Below the pieces are notes generated by a model. That model saw only the letters and a program-made list of their open reading frames with translations. It did not search any database and was not told the DNA's origin. From a virus (lineage: Duplodnaviria > Caudoviricetes): 39,965 nt of DNA. The translations under genes were made by a program, and so were the position numbers. Positions 7,120 through 14,900 of this stretch are shown piece by piece. Numbering within the stretch: position 1 is the stretch's first letter; every line of letters starts with the position of its first letter. Where the stretch lies: IMG/VR virus record IMGVR_UViG_3300048998_000218, positions 1 through 39,965 of that record. The stretch is one strand, 5' to 3'.

Positions 7120-7323
7120 CTACTCCGCCAGGGTGGTGGCGGCTGCCTTGAGCGTCTCGAGCTCGACGGACAGCTTGACGGTCCGGTAGTTGAAGATGGC
7201 GGCGGTCATGTTCATGGCGGGCAATGCGATCATTGTCCCCCAGAACAGGGCGGGGCCGTACTTCCTCAACTTGGACTTCTTGGGCTGCTCGTCGGCAGGT
7301 TCGAGAATCTCGTTTTGCAGCAT
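7120..7323 (-). CDS. 67-aa membrane cassette protein
   Basis: AAGGAG RBS; central hydrophobic segment; terminator at about 7078-7112. Confidence 0.8.
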   Translation of the reverse strand: MLQNEILEPADEQPKKSKLRKYGPALFWGTMIALPAMNMTAAIFNYRTVKLSVELETLKAAATTLAE

Positions 7324-7342
7324 AACTGCTCCTTTGGTAGTA

Positions 7343-7375
7343 GGGTCTCATTATAGGCGCTGAAATATGCGCGAA
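7343..7375 (-). promoter_or_regulatory. Cassette promoter-like motif, copy 10
   Basis: TTCGCG-N7-CA-N5-TATAAT-GAGACCC. Confidence 0.85.
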
Positions 7376-7378
7376 GGC

Positions 7379-7506
7379 AAAAAAAAAGAAGGCGACAGTC
7401 CAACGAAAACTGTCTTTAGCAACCTGTCTTATGGTTGCACTCCGGGTGGGGGTTTCTCCCACGCATTCGTGTCTCGGAATAGGGGTTTAGGGCCTATCTT
7501 CTCTCT
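7379..7506 (-). ncRNA. Candidate structured RNA C (four hairpins in a closed junction)
   Basis: 5' AGAGAGAAG pairs with 3' CUUCUUUUU; hairpins AUAGG/CCUAU, UCCG..CGGA with inner GUGGG/CCCAC, GCAACC/GGUUGC, GACAGU/ACUGUC; no RBS-ORF. Confidence 0.65.
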
Positions 7507-7532
7507 ACTATACACTACGAAATACACGCGAA
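7503..7532 (-). promoter_or_regulatory. Cassette promoter-like motif, copy 11 (variant)
   Basis: TTCGCG-N7-CG-N5-TATAGT-AGAG; same spacing as the others. Confidence 0.75.
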
Positions 7533-7567
7533 GACAAAAAGGAAAGCCCGCGTTTGCGGGCCTATCC

Positions 7568-7720
7568 TTAGGCGTAGATCTTGGTGTAACCGGGGACGTG
7601 CTTGGTCTCAGCCAGCTTGGCCTGCGAAGCAGCGATCATCTTGTTGTAGCGGTTGCGCTTGCGGCGCTCCGTACGAATCTCGATGTGCTCCTTGGCGGCG
7701 AGCTTGAGTGAGTAGAACAT
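7568..7720 (-). CDS. 50-aa basic cassette protein (not in ORF track)
   Basis: MFYSLKLAAKEHIEIRTERRKRNRYNKMIAASQAKLAETKHVPGYTKIYA; AAGGAG RBS; terminator at about 7536-7570. Confidence 0.8.
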   Translation of the reverse strand: MFYSLKLAAKEHIEIRTERRKRNRYNKMIAASQAKLAETKHVPGYTKIYA

Positions 7721-7741
7721 TTAGGTCTCCTTGGTTTCAGT

Positions 7742-7774
7742 GGGGTCTCATTATAGGCGTTGAAATATACGCGA
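7742..7774 (-). promoter_or_regulatory. Cassette promoter-like motif, copy 12
   Basis: TCGCG-N7-CA-N5-TATAAT-GAGACCCC. Confidence 0.85.
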
Positions 7775-7776
7775 GG

Positions 7777-7816
7777 GCGACTCAGTATTTGCTTATTATG
7801 CGAGTCAGTATCTGCT
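7777..7816. repeat. 17-bp imperfect direct repeat, 23-bp period
   Basis: gcgactcagtatttgct (7777-7793) and gcgagtcagtatctgct (7800-7816), 15/17 identical. Confidence 0.7.
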
Positions 7817-7856
7817 CTTTTCACCAAAATTCTCCCCCGGGGTTTTTTGGAAAGTG

Positions 7857-7989
7857 AAAAATGAGAACCAATGTCTGCATGGCCTTCTACATCCCTGGGG
7901 ATTTGGGTATTACACCACAGGGTAGCTTGGGTGGAGATGCAGAGGGTTCGTCCGGATTGGTTATGTGGGGACGACTCGCATTGGATCTC
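7857..7989 (-). ncRNA. Candidate structured RNA D
   Basis: 5' GAGAUCCAAUG pairs with 3' CAUUGGUUCUC (one mismatch), then a U tract; inner UCGUCC/GGACGA, UCUGCAU/AUGCAGA and CCCUG/CAGGG stems; no RBS. Confidence 0.65.
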
Positions 7990-8015
7990 ATTAGAGGGGT
8001 TGAAATCTACGCGAA
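7986..8015 (-). promoter_or_regulatory. Cassette promoter-like motif, copy 13
   Basis: TTCGCG-N7-CA-N7-TAAT-GAGA. Confidence 0.8.
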
Positions 8016-8078
8016 GGCAAAAAAAGAGAAACCGTGTTTTCAGCACGATCTCTCTTTCGTCCCTCTTAGGGCGGGTTG

Positions 8079-8360
8079 CTACCGGGGCTTCATGACGAAC
8101 CCAAGCGCTTTCGAGGTGATCACGTTCTCACGCTCGTAGCGGGTCAGCCAGAGGATCCCGAAGATGTTGGCGCCGACGATGAGCACAGTGTCCAGGCTCG
8201 GCAGCTTCAGACGCTCTTCGGTCTTCAGCTTGTGCAGCTTGGTGATGCGCTCAACGACGGCGCCGTACTCTTCGGAGTCGGCTTCTAGCCGATCCAGCCT
8301 TTCGAGTGCGGAAATGATCTCCTCGTCCAGCTTGGATTCGATGTTGCTCTTGATAAGCAT
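8079..8360 (-). CDS. Membrane protein (helical N-domain plus TM segment)
   Basis: AAGGAG RBS; DTVLIVGANIFGILWL...VITSKALGFV; terminator at about 8019-8058. Confidence 0.85.
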   Translation of the reverse strand: MLIKSNIESKLDEEIISALERLDRLEADSEEYGAVVERITKLHKLKTEERLKLPSLDTVLIVGANIFGILWLTRYERENVITSKALGFVMKPR

Positions 8361-8375
8361 ATCTCTCCTTAGGTA

Positions 8376-8409
8376 GGGGTCTCACTATAGGCGATGTTTC
8401 GCCCGCGAA
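8376..8409 (-). promoter_or_regulatory. Cassette promoter-like motif, copy 14
   Basis: TTCGCG-N7-CA-N5-TATAGT-GAGACCCC. Confidence 0.85.
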
Positions 8410-8419
8410 CTCCTACCTA

Positions 8420-8800
8420 CTACGGTTGACGACGTTTGCCCGTACGGTGTCGTGAAGGTAGAGGCTTCTTCTTTTCCTTCTTCACCACCTTGAAACGAGC
8501 TTCGTCCACCTTCTCGATTTCCTCCGGCTGTCCCTCCAGATTGAGGGAATATGTCTTGCTACCGGATTCGAGTTCTTGCACCTCGATGTCGCCGACTCGC
8601 TTGGAGTCGTATTTGGCGGTCGAGATTTGCAACACCACGCCTAGAAACGTGTCCACAGCGATGATCGTGTTGACGACTTCCTGTGCCTTGGGTAGATCCC
8701 AGATCCCCGCCAGGGTGAAGTACAGCGTGGCGAAGGCTGGAAGCACGATCATCGCTAGGAACTTGAGGAAATCGTATAGCCTCGGGCTGCTGATTTTCAT
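8420..8800 (-). CDS. Holin (Dp-1-type)
   Basis: YDFLKFLAMIVLPAFATLYFTLAGIW...VVNTIIAVDTFLGVVLQIST; two TM segments and a basic tail. Confidence 0.85.
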   Translation of the reverse strand: MKISSPRLYDFLKFLAMIVLPAFATLYFTLAGIWDLPKAQEVVNTIIAVDTFLGVVLQISTAKYDSKRVGDIEVQELESGSKTYSLNLEGQPEEIEKVDEARFKVVKKEKKKPLPSRHRTGKRRQP

Positions 8801-8835
8801 CGAATAAGACTCACTTTCGGTCTTGATAGTTGATC

Positions 8836-9180
8836 TCAGATGTTTGGCGGTGGACAGCGAATATTTCTCAGCGCATCCACTGTTCTCTGAGAGTTGGCGA
8901 TCGACAGCTTGATCACGCCAAGCGGAATTTCCTTGGATCCGTTTGGATGATCGATCAAGTATTCTTGGCTGGTTTGGACTCTTGTTGCCGCTTCATTGCG
9001 AAGCGTGCAGAGTCCGTCAGTGTTGTTTCGGGATACGGTGTAGATGTAATAACCAAGGCTAAACAAGCCGAGGTACAACACTACCGTCGCTGTGACGAGG
9101 CGTCGAAGCGACCGTCGAAGTGTCTCCGGCGTCGGCACCTCCTCAGATCCGTTCATTTCGAGCCTCCTAATCAGTAACAT
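8836..9180 (-). CDS. Membrane protein next to the holin (start uncertain)
   Basis: One TM segment; two Cys in the C-terminal part. Confidence 0.7.
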   Translation of the reverse strand: MLLIRRLEMNGSEEVPTPETLRRSLRRLVTATVVLYLGLFSLGYYIYTVSRNNTDGLCTLRNEAATRVQTSQEYLIDHPNGSKEIPLGVIKLSIANSQRTVDALRNIRCPPPNI

Positions 9181-9586
9181 CGGGATCGCTGGCTCGACGA
9201 CGAGGGGCGTGCTCCGCTTCCCACTGCAAGCGATTGATCAACTGCCTCGCTGCGTCCAGATCTGTAATCAGTGTCTCGATCCGAGCTCTCTGCTCTTGGA
9301 TCGTCACCTGAGCTTCGACGGCCTCACGTACCAGTCGTCTATTCTCTGATGCCAGCTCTCCGTTCTTTATCTCGAGCTCGGTCAAACGAAGTTCAAGCTC
9401 GTTGACATGATCATCAAGCTCCTTGACACGTGATGTGGACCACTCGCGAATGGAACGAGACTCCGCCCATAGCTCGGTGGCCTCTGAGTCTTTGATTTGA
9501 CCAGACATCTTCCTCGCTGCCACAATATAAGCGCCCATGGGACCAACAACGGCGGCGAGGATGACGCCAACAACTGGATCCATCAC
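9167..9586 (-). CDS. Membrane-anchored coiled-coil protein
   Basis: N-terminal TM segment, long heptad region; GTGA overlap with the upstream gene. Confidence 0.8.
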   Translation of the reverse strand: MMDPVVGVILAAVVGPMGAYIVAARKMSGQIKDSEATELWAESRSIREWSTSRVKELDDHVNELELRLTELEIKNGELASENRRLVREAVEAQVTIQEQRARIETLITDLDAARQLINRLQWEAEHAPRRRASDPDVTD

Positions 9587-10764
9587 CCGCCTCCTTCCGG
9601 TGTCAGTACCGAGATCGTTGGATAGGCTCGCTCACCTTTCTCATCATGAGAACGGATGTACTCAGTGACTCGTGCTTTGGAGATAGTCCCCGTGAAGCTC
9701 TTCAGCTCGATGATGTCCCCTAGGTTGTAGTCTCGCCCGTACTGGTAGTCGTTGTTGGGCGAAGTTTGACCATCAACCGCACGAATATAGTTGTGGTTGG
9801 CTAGAGCATCTTTGGCATTCTGTGCCAGGAATGCATCAACGTCCGCCGGATCGACCACGGTGTAGGTCCCGTAGCCAAAACGTTCGTCAGCGAAGGGAAC
9901 CTTGTGTCCAACCGGTTCCTGATCGGGGTCTGTGATCAGCACGCGCCTCGCGAAGCCCTCCGGCTCCGGTAGATCCGGATCGGCCAGATACTTATGGATC
10001 TCGCCCTTGTAGAACACGTAGGCGATGTTCTTGTAGTTCGCGATCGAGCGAACTTCCTTGACGTCGGACAGCGAGTCCATGTCGGGCAGCAGACGAACCA
10101 GAGGATATGTAGTCTGGTCGCTGGTGCGATCCTTGCCCGTGTAGGTGGTGAACTTGAGCACGTAACCGGCGATCGGATCAGCCGACTCCAGATACAGAGA
10201 GAAGCCTATGTTTTCCTTCTCGGCCACGGGCTGGATGGCGTCGTAGAGGGGACCGGTGGTCACCGTGAGCCGCTTGACCGTTCCCGATGTGTCGACGTCT
10301 CCTAGCTCCAAATATGGGATCTCTTCCAAGTCCCAATCGAGGTTGGCATCGATCCAATCGCCGGTCATGGCTGTCGTGTTGATGACCATCTTGTTGACGA
10401 CGTCAGCGATGAACTCGCCGGGCTTACGCGTCTCATCAGTGTAGTCTGCGATGCGGTTGTCAACACTGTCGCTATCCGGGTTCTTGAACCAAGCGTAGCG
10501 CTGGTTGAGGAACTCCGGTAGAGCCGAGCCCACCACGGTCATGAGGCCTTTGTCGATGGACTGCGTAGACAGCTCCATAACCTCTCGAGACCCACGGAGA
10601 GCTAAGAAGGTACCGTCCGCGAGGCGCTCGATCATCTCGGGCGTGGCCGGAACCACGAGCTGAACGTCTCCCGCGGATGAATATCTTTCCGTCCAGATGG
10701 CCGATACATACTGATCGACGACGTCTTTGGCCAAGAAAGTATCGGAGAGCGTGTACAGATCCAT
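9583..10764 (-). CDS. Minor tail protein (ReqiPepy6 gp37-like)
   Basis: SAIWTERYSSAGD...YQYGRDYNLGDII...ARVTEYIRS; start set at MDLYTL (TAATG coupling). Confidence 0.85.
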   Translation of the reverse strand: MDLYTLSDTFLAKDVVDQYVSAIWTERYSSAGDVQLVVPATPEMIERLADGTFLALRGSREVMELSTQSIDKGLMTVVGSALPEFLNQRYAWFKNPDSDSVDNRIADYTDETRKPGEFIADVVNKMVINTTAMTGDWIDANLDWDLEEIPYLELGDVDTSGTVKRLTVTTGPLYDAIQPVAEKENIGFSLYLESADPIAGYVLKFTTYTGKDRTSDQTTYPLVRLLPDMDSLSDVKEVRSIANYKNIAYVFYKGEIHKYLADPDLPEPEGFARRVLITDPDQEPVGHKVPFADERFGYGTYTVVDPADVDAFLAQNAKDALANHNYIRAVDGQTSPNNDYQYGRDYNLGDIIELKSFTGTISKARVTEYIRSHDEKGERAYPTISVLTPEGGG

Positions 10765-11609
10765 TAGAGCCCCCCAAAGCGATTGAAGTAGGCGAGCGTC
10801 CAGATGAGATCGGTTTCTGCCCCAACCACGGTGACAACGTTCTCTCCTGGAATGAGCTCGGGCCATACCGAATCGTTGGAGACCTGAGCGAGAAGGTTGG
10901 TGATGGCGCCGTCGGCGACCGCCACGTTCGCTGCACGCTTGGAGTTCCTCACGCTGTTCAGCTTGAAGTACTTCAGGGCGTTGATCGTCACCGGGTCGAT
11001 CGCGAAGATTTGCTCTGTGAGGCCAACGTTCGTGATGGTGAAGGGTCCGGTGTATGCCACGTTCTCGGGCGTTGCCTCAATACGCAACTCGAAGCCGGTT
11101 GCCACCGTGCCCAAATATGTGAACCCCGTCTCGACGGTTCCGTCGTCGACCACCCCGGTGATGAGCGAAGCGTCGACATCGACGAAGTCAGGCTTGGGGC
11201 AGATCACCGAAACTTGGATCTCCGGATCCTCGCTGAACATGTTGGGCTCGAAGCTCTCGACGTAGCCCTCGATATCGCAAGTAGGCAAGTGATCGCTGAA
11301 GAAGCGAAGCTTGCACCACTGCTCCGGCATCAAATATGCGTAGAGAAGCTGTCGCAAGCTTGACATCGTCTGATCGACCCAGTCCGGATTGAGCCCGAGG
11401 GTGAGAACGATGTTGCGCTTGGGAGTCGAAGACCCCTGATACAGTTCGCCACGACCTGAGGCAAATGCTGTGGTAAGTACGTCGGCCTTGACCGGTCCGA
11501 GACCGTCGATGTTGCGGATCTGAATCGGGTCGTCGGAGGGCATGAAGCCGCTCAAGCTGAGAACCGGCGCAGACGGCAGCATGCTGAAGAGCTCCAGCTT
11601 TTGAATCAC
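10764..11609 (-). CDS. Distal tail (Dit-like) protein
   Basis: IRNIDGLGPVKA...RNIVLTLGL...ICPKPDF...WPELIPGEN; follows the tape measure gene. Confidence 0.85.
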   Translation of the reverse strand: MIQKLELFSMLPSAPVLSLSGFMPSDDPIQIRNIDGLGPVKADVLTTAFASGRGELYQGSSTPKRNIVLTLGLNPDWVDQTMSSLRQLLYAYLMPEQWCKLRFFSDHLPTCDIEGYVESFEPNMFSEDPEIQVSVICPKPDFVDVDASLITGVVDDGTVETGFTYLGTVATGFELRIEATPENVAYTGPFTITNVGLTEQIFAIDPVTINALKYFKLNSVRNSKRAANVAVADGAITNLLAQVSNDSVWPELIPGENVVTVVGAETDLIWTLAYFNRFGGL

Positions 11610-11625
11610 GCTTCATGCCTCCTTT

Positions 11626-11852
11626 CTTGAAATATGGCTCAGTCGGAGGCCGATTTGGCCTGCTTGGCGAGGATCGCTTCGGCGATAAGGCCCTCGAGAC
11701 CTGTACGCGTGGGATAAGGCTTGCGAAGATGCGCGGGTTTTCCGCGGTTGTACTCCGTGATCCATGCGTGAGGACCCTTGGTCGGACCCTCGTACCGCGG
11801 CGGTAGAGTGGACGTGGTCATAGATCTCCTTGCTTGAAATATGGCTCAGTCG
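11626..11852. repeat. Perfect 20-bp direct repeats flanking a small ORF
   Basis: cttgaaatatggctcagtcg at 11626-11645 and 11833-11852. Confidence 0.9.
11639..11821 (-). CDS. 60-aa hypothetical protein inserted between tape measure and Dit genes
   Basis: AAGGAG RBS; stop codon lies inside the downstream repeat copy. Confidence 0.7.
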   Translation of the reverse strand: MTTSTLPPRYEGPTKGPHAWITEYNRGKPAHLRKPYPTRTGLEGLIAEAILAKQAKSASD

Positions 11853-11907
11853 AGCCCCGCGGGAGCAGGATGAATACCCCCGCGGAGCCCGGCCGTAAGC
11901 CGCTTGT

Positions 11908-14900
11908 CTACGCGCTCTGCAGACCAATGAGACCCAGGTTTCGCTTGATTTGCGATAGCTGGTTGTTGGTCTGTCTGTAGATCTCCGTCTCCGATAGAGA
12001 TTCTGGCGAGTAGTTGTTTTGCTCGAACTTGAACGACGGCGCGGCCTGAGCGGCAGCGGCTGCTTCTTCCATGGTCACTGAGGTTTCCGTGGAGATAGCC
12101 GAAGCCTGGCCGTATGAAGCGGCCGCCGTAATCGGGACGACGTTGGTGAGGTCCCGCAGCTTGCTGGCGTCATTCGCAACCTTGGACAGATCCAGAACCG
12201 GCGTGATCGTAAGATCCGTGTCGATTTCAGAACCCACCAGATCCGAAATATTTGCCAAGCTGTTTGTCAGAGCCTTAGCGGCGTCATCTCCGACTTCAGC
12301 CGCCGCATTGGCAACCGTCGACGAAGAAGCCCTGAGCCCTTGGGCCAGCCCTTGAGTAGCGAACCTGCCCACCTCCGCGAATATCTTCGAAGGTGAACGG
12401 ATTCCGAGGTCGCTCTTGATGCGATTGACAATGGTGTCGGCAAGATCTGTCATGGCCTTTTCGAGATCACCCTTCTTCTGGGCGAGACCATCGACGAGAC
12501 CCTGAGCTGCATCGACTCCCGCCTGGTACAGGTTGTATGCAGCCTGTTTGGCGAGATCCGTGGACTCAGCAATGAGCTGAGCATCCATCTTGTTCAGATC
12601 ATCAATACCCGACTTACCAGTCGCTAGCAACTGGCTTGCGAAATCCTGACCCGCCAGACCTTGTGCGAGGAGCTTCTTGTACGTCGTGTCATCCAAACCG
12701 AGCTCCCGAAGCTTCTGAAGCGTGGCCTGATACTGCTTGGTGGCCGCGATTTGTTCCTCAAGTGCCTTCTTGTAGTTGGCAACTTGATCGATTCTACTCC
12801 GCTTTTCTGCTTCCTCTCGATCCTTTCGAATCTTGTCTTGACGTTCCTGCTCAGTGAGATCCGCATTCGACAACGCATCGGACAAGAGAGCACCCATATC
12901 GGGTCCAGTCGCGTACTGATCCGCGTAGGACCTGAGTGCGTCATCTCGAGTCCGTGTGGCATCCTCGAGCGCCGTCTTGGCGGCGTCCAGCTTGGTAGAG
13001 ATATCCTCATAGTTCTTGGAAAGACCGATGAGTTGTCTCTTCTCGTCCTGGAGTCCCTTGGTCAGATCGGCGTTGGCCCCTCTGAGAGCCCCTAGGACAC
13101 CCTTGTACTTGTTGACCGCTCTCTCGGAAGCGTTGATCGCGTTGTTGATGTCATTCAGCTCACCAACTGCGGTCTTGATCGCCTCCGTGTCCGGCTTCTT
13201 CGCTGTGCGGAGCTTCTGGATCTCAGCGAGCTTGTCGGCGTGCTGCTGTTGGAGGTCCCTGATCTTGGCGTTCTCATCACTGATAGCCTGTCGCTGGTTC
13301 TCCATCTCGGTCCGGATCTTGTCCTTCAGAGACTGGAATGAGTTACGAATATCCGTGGCCGACCCGTCAAGGCCATCCTTGAATCCGCGACCCACTTCCT
13401 GACCAATCTCCTTCAGAACCTTAGACGGAGATTGGATCTGGAACACGTCCTTGAACTTATTGATAAGGCCGTTGCCGATATTTCCGGCGCTGTCCATGAC
13501 CGACTTGTGGTTCCCGTCAAGCCCAGCACTCAGACCCAGCATGCTGAATTTGCCGATCTCGGCGAACACGGTTGACGGAGAATGGATCCCCAAGAGCTTC
13601 TTAGCTGCCCCCGGGAGTCCACTGATGATGCCCTTGACCCCGTCGATTGCCTTATGTCCGAGCTGTTTGAAACCATCGACCATTCCGTCGATGATTGCGG
13701 ATGCCAGATTGATTCCGGCCGCGTTTAGCTCATGGCTATTCTCACGAATCGCTGCAGCAGTACCGTTGATCAGCTTGATGACCGCCTTGTATCCGGCGTC
13801 CACCAAATCCGGCACCGCCTGAGCGATACCGAATACGAACTTCTTGATGACCCGGACACCGGCCGTGATGATCCCGCCAAGGGTATTTCCGATACCCACG
13901 ATGACCGAGAAGATCAACTTGGCCCCCGCCTTGACGAAATCGGGAACGTGCTTGGTGATCTCGGTCAAGAACGTGACGATCAACGCAGCGCCCTTGGTGA
14001 TCACTGCTGGCAGATGCGCTGTGACGCCTTCGAGGAATTTCCCGACCACCCGTGCCGCCGAAGCAAGTACAGTAGGTAGTGCAGTGGCAATGCCGCCCAG
14101 AAGCGAACCCAGGACTCTGGCACCAGACTGTACGAGACGCGGCACTTGTGTCGCAAACGCGTCGAGGAATTTGGTGATGATCTCCCCGACCTTGGTCGTA
14201 ATCGACCCGATGTTGTTCTCGATCCCCGTCAACAACTGCTGAAGTAGATGCCAACCAGCAGTGATCAAAGGACCCGCGTTTACGGCCAGGACGTTCAAGA
14301 TTGCCGTGATCAGTGCACTGACTGCCACCGCCACCTTGGGCGCCTGCTCGATGATGAACGCAATGATCGTGTCGAGGATGACGCCAAGTGCCAGCACCAC
14401 CTTGGGTGCCACCTTGGCAATTTCGTCGGCGATTGACACCAACCCCTTGACGAAGTTGATGACCATCGAGGGAATCAATGCGATGAACGCCGTGATTGAA
14501 GCGACCAGGACGCCGATACCCTTGGCGCCATTTTCACCCAGAAGCGAAAGCCCCTTGGCAGCGATGAATATGGCGCTACCGATGAGTACCAGACCAACGC
14601 CGAGGATGGCCAGTGCACCACCCAGCGCAAGAAGCGCCGGAGCAGCAACCAGACCCACCACAGCGATGACACCCATCGACAAGGCCATGGCGGCCAGTCC
14701 TTTGAGGATGACGCTCCAAGGCAGAACACCCATGAATGCCAGCGTTGGAGCCAGCACAGCCAATCCTGCAGCTGCTGCCAACAAGGCGGCTGAACCCGCA
14801 AGCGTCCCGCTCATGAAGACCAGACCGGCACCGAGCACGAGCAGCGCGCCACCGATACCGATGATGCCCTTGACCAGCTTGCCGATACCCATCGAACCGA

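Noticed and set aside
268-7493. Shared 12-mer ggggtttagggc at 268-279 and 7482-7493 (telomere-like TTTAGGG)
   Set aside because: Only two isolated copies, not tandem; may be chance or cassette debris.
5805-8046. Track ORFs 5805-6239, 7052-7462 and 7636-8046 at full length
   Set aside because: They run through promoter motifs and terminators (the recurring NETP peptide is just AATGAGACCCC translated) and lack an RBS at their starts.
5765-8409. CRISPR array
   Set aside because: Repeats are degenerate, the intervening sequences are 120-370 bp and mostly carry RBS-led ORFs, and no cas genes are present.
359-8409. Integron attC cassette array
   Set aside because: Hairpins are short terminator-like stems with T tracts and lack consistent RYYYAAC...GTTRRRY boxes; each unit has its own promoter motif; no integrase in the window.
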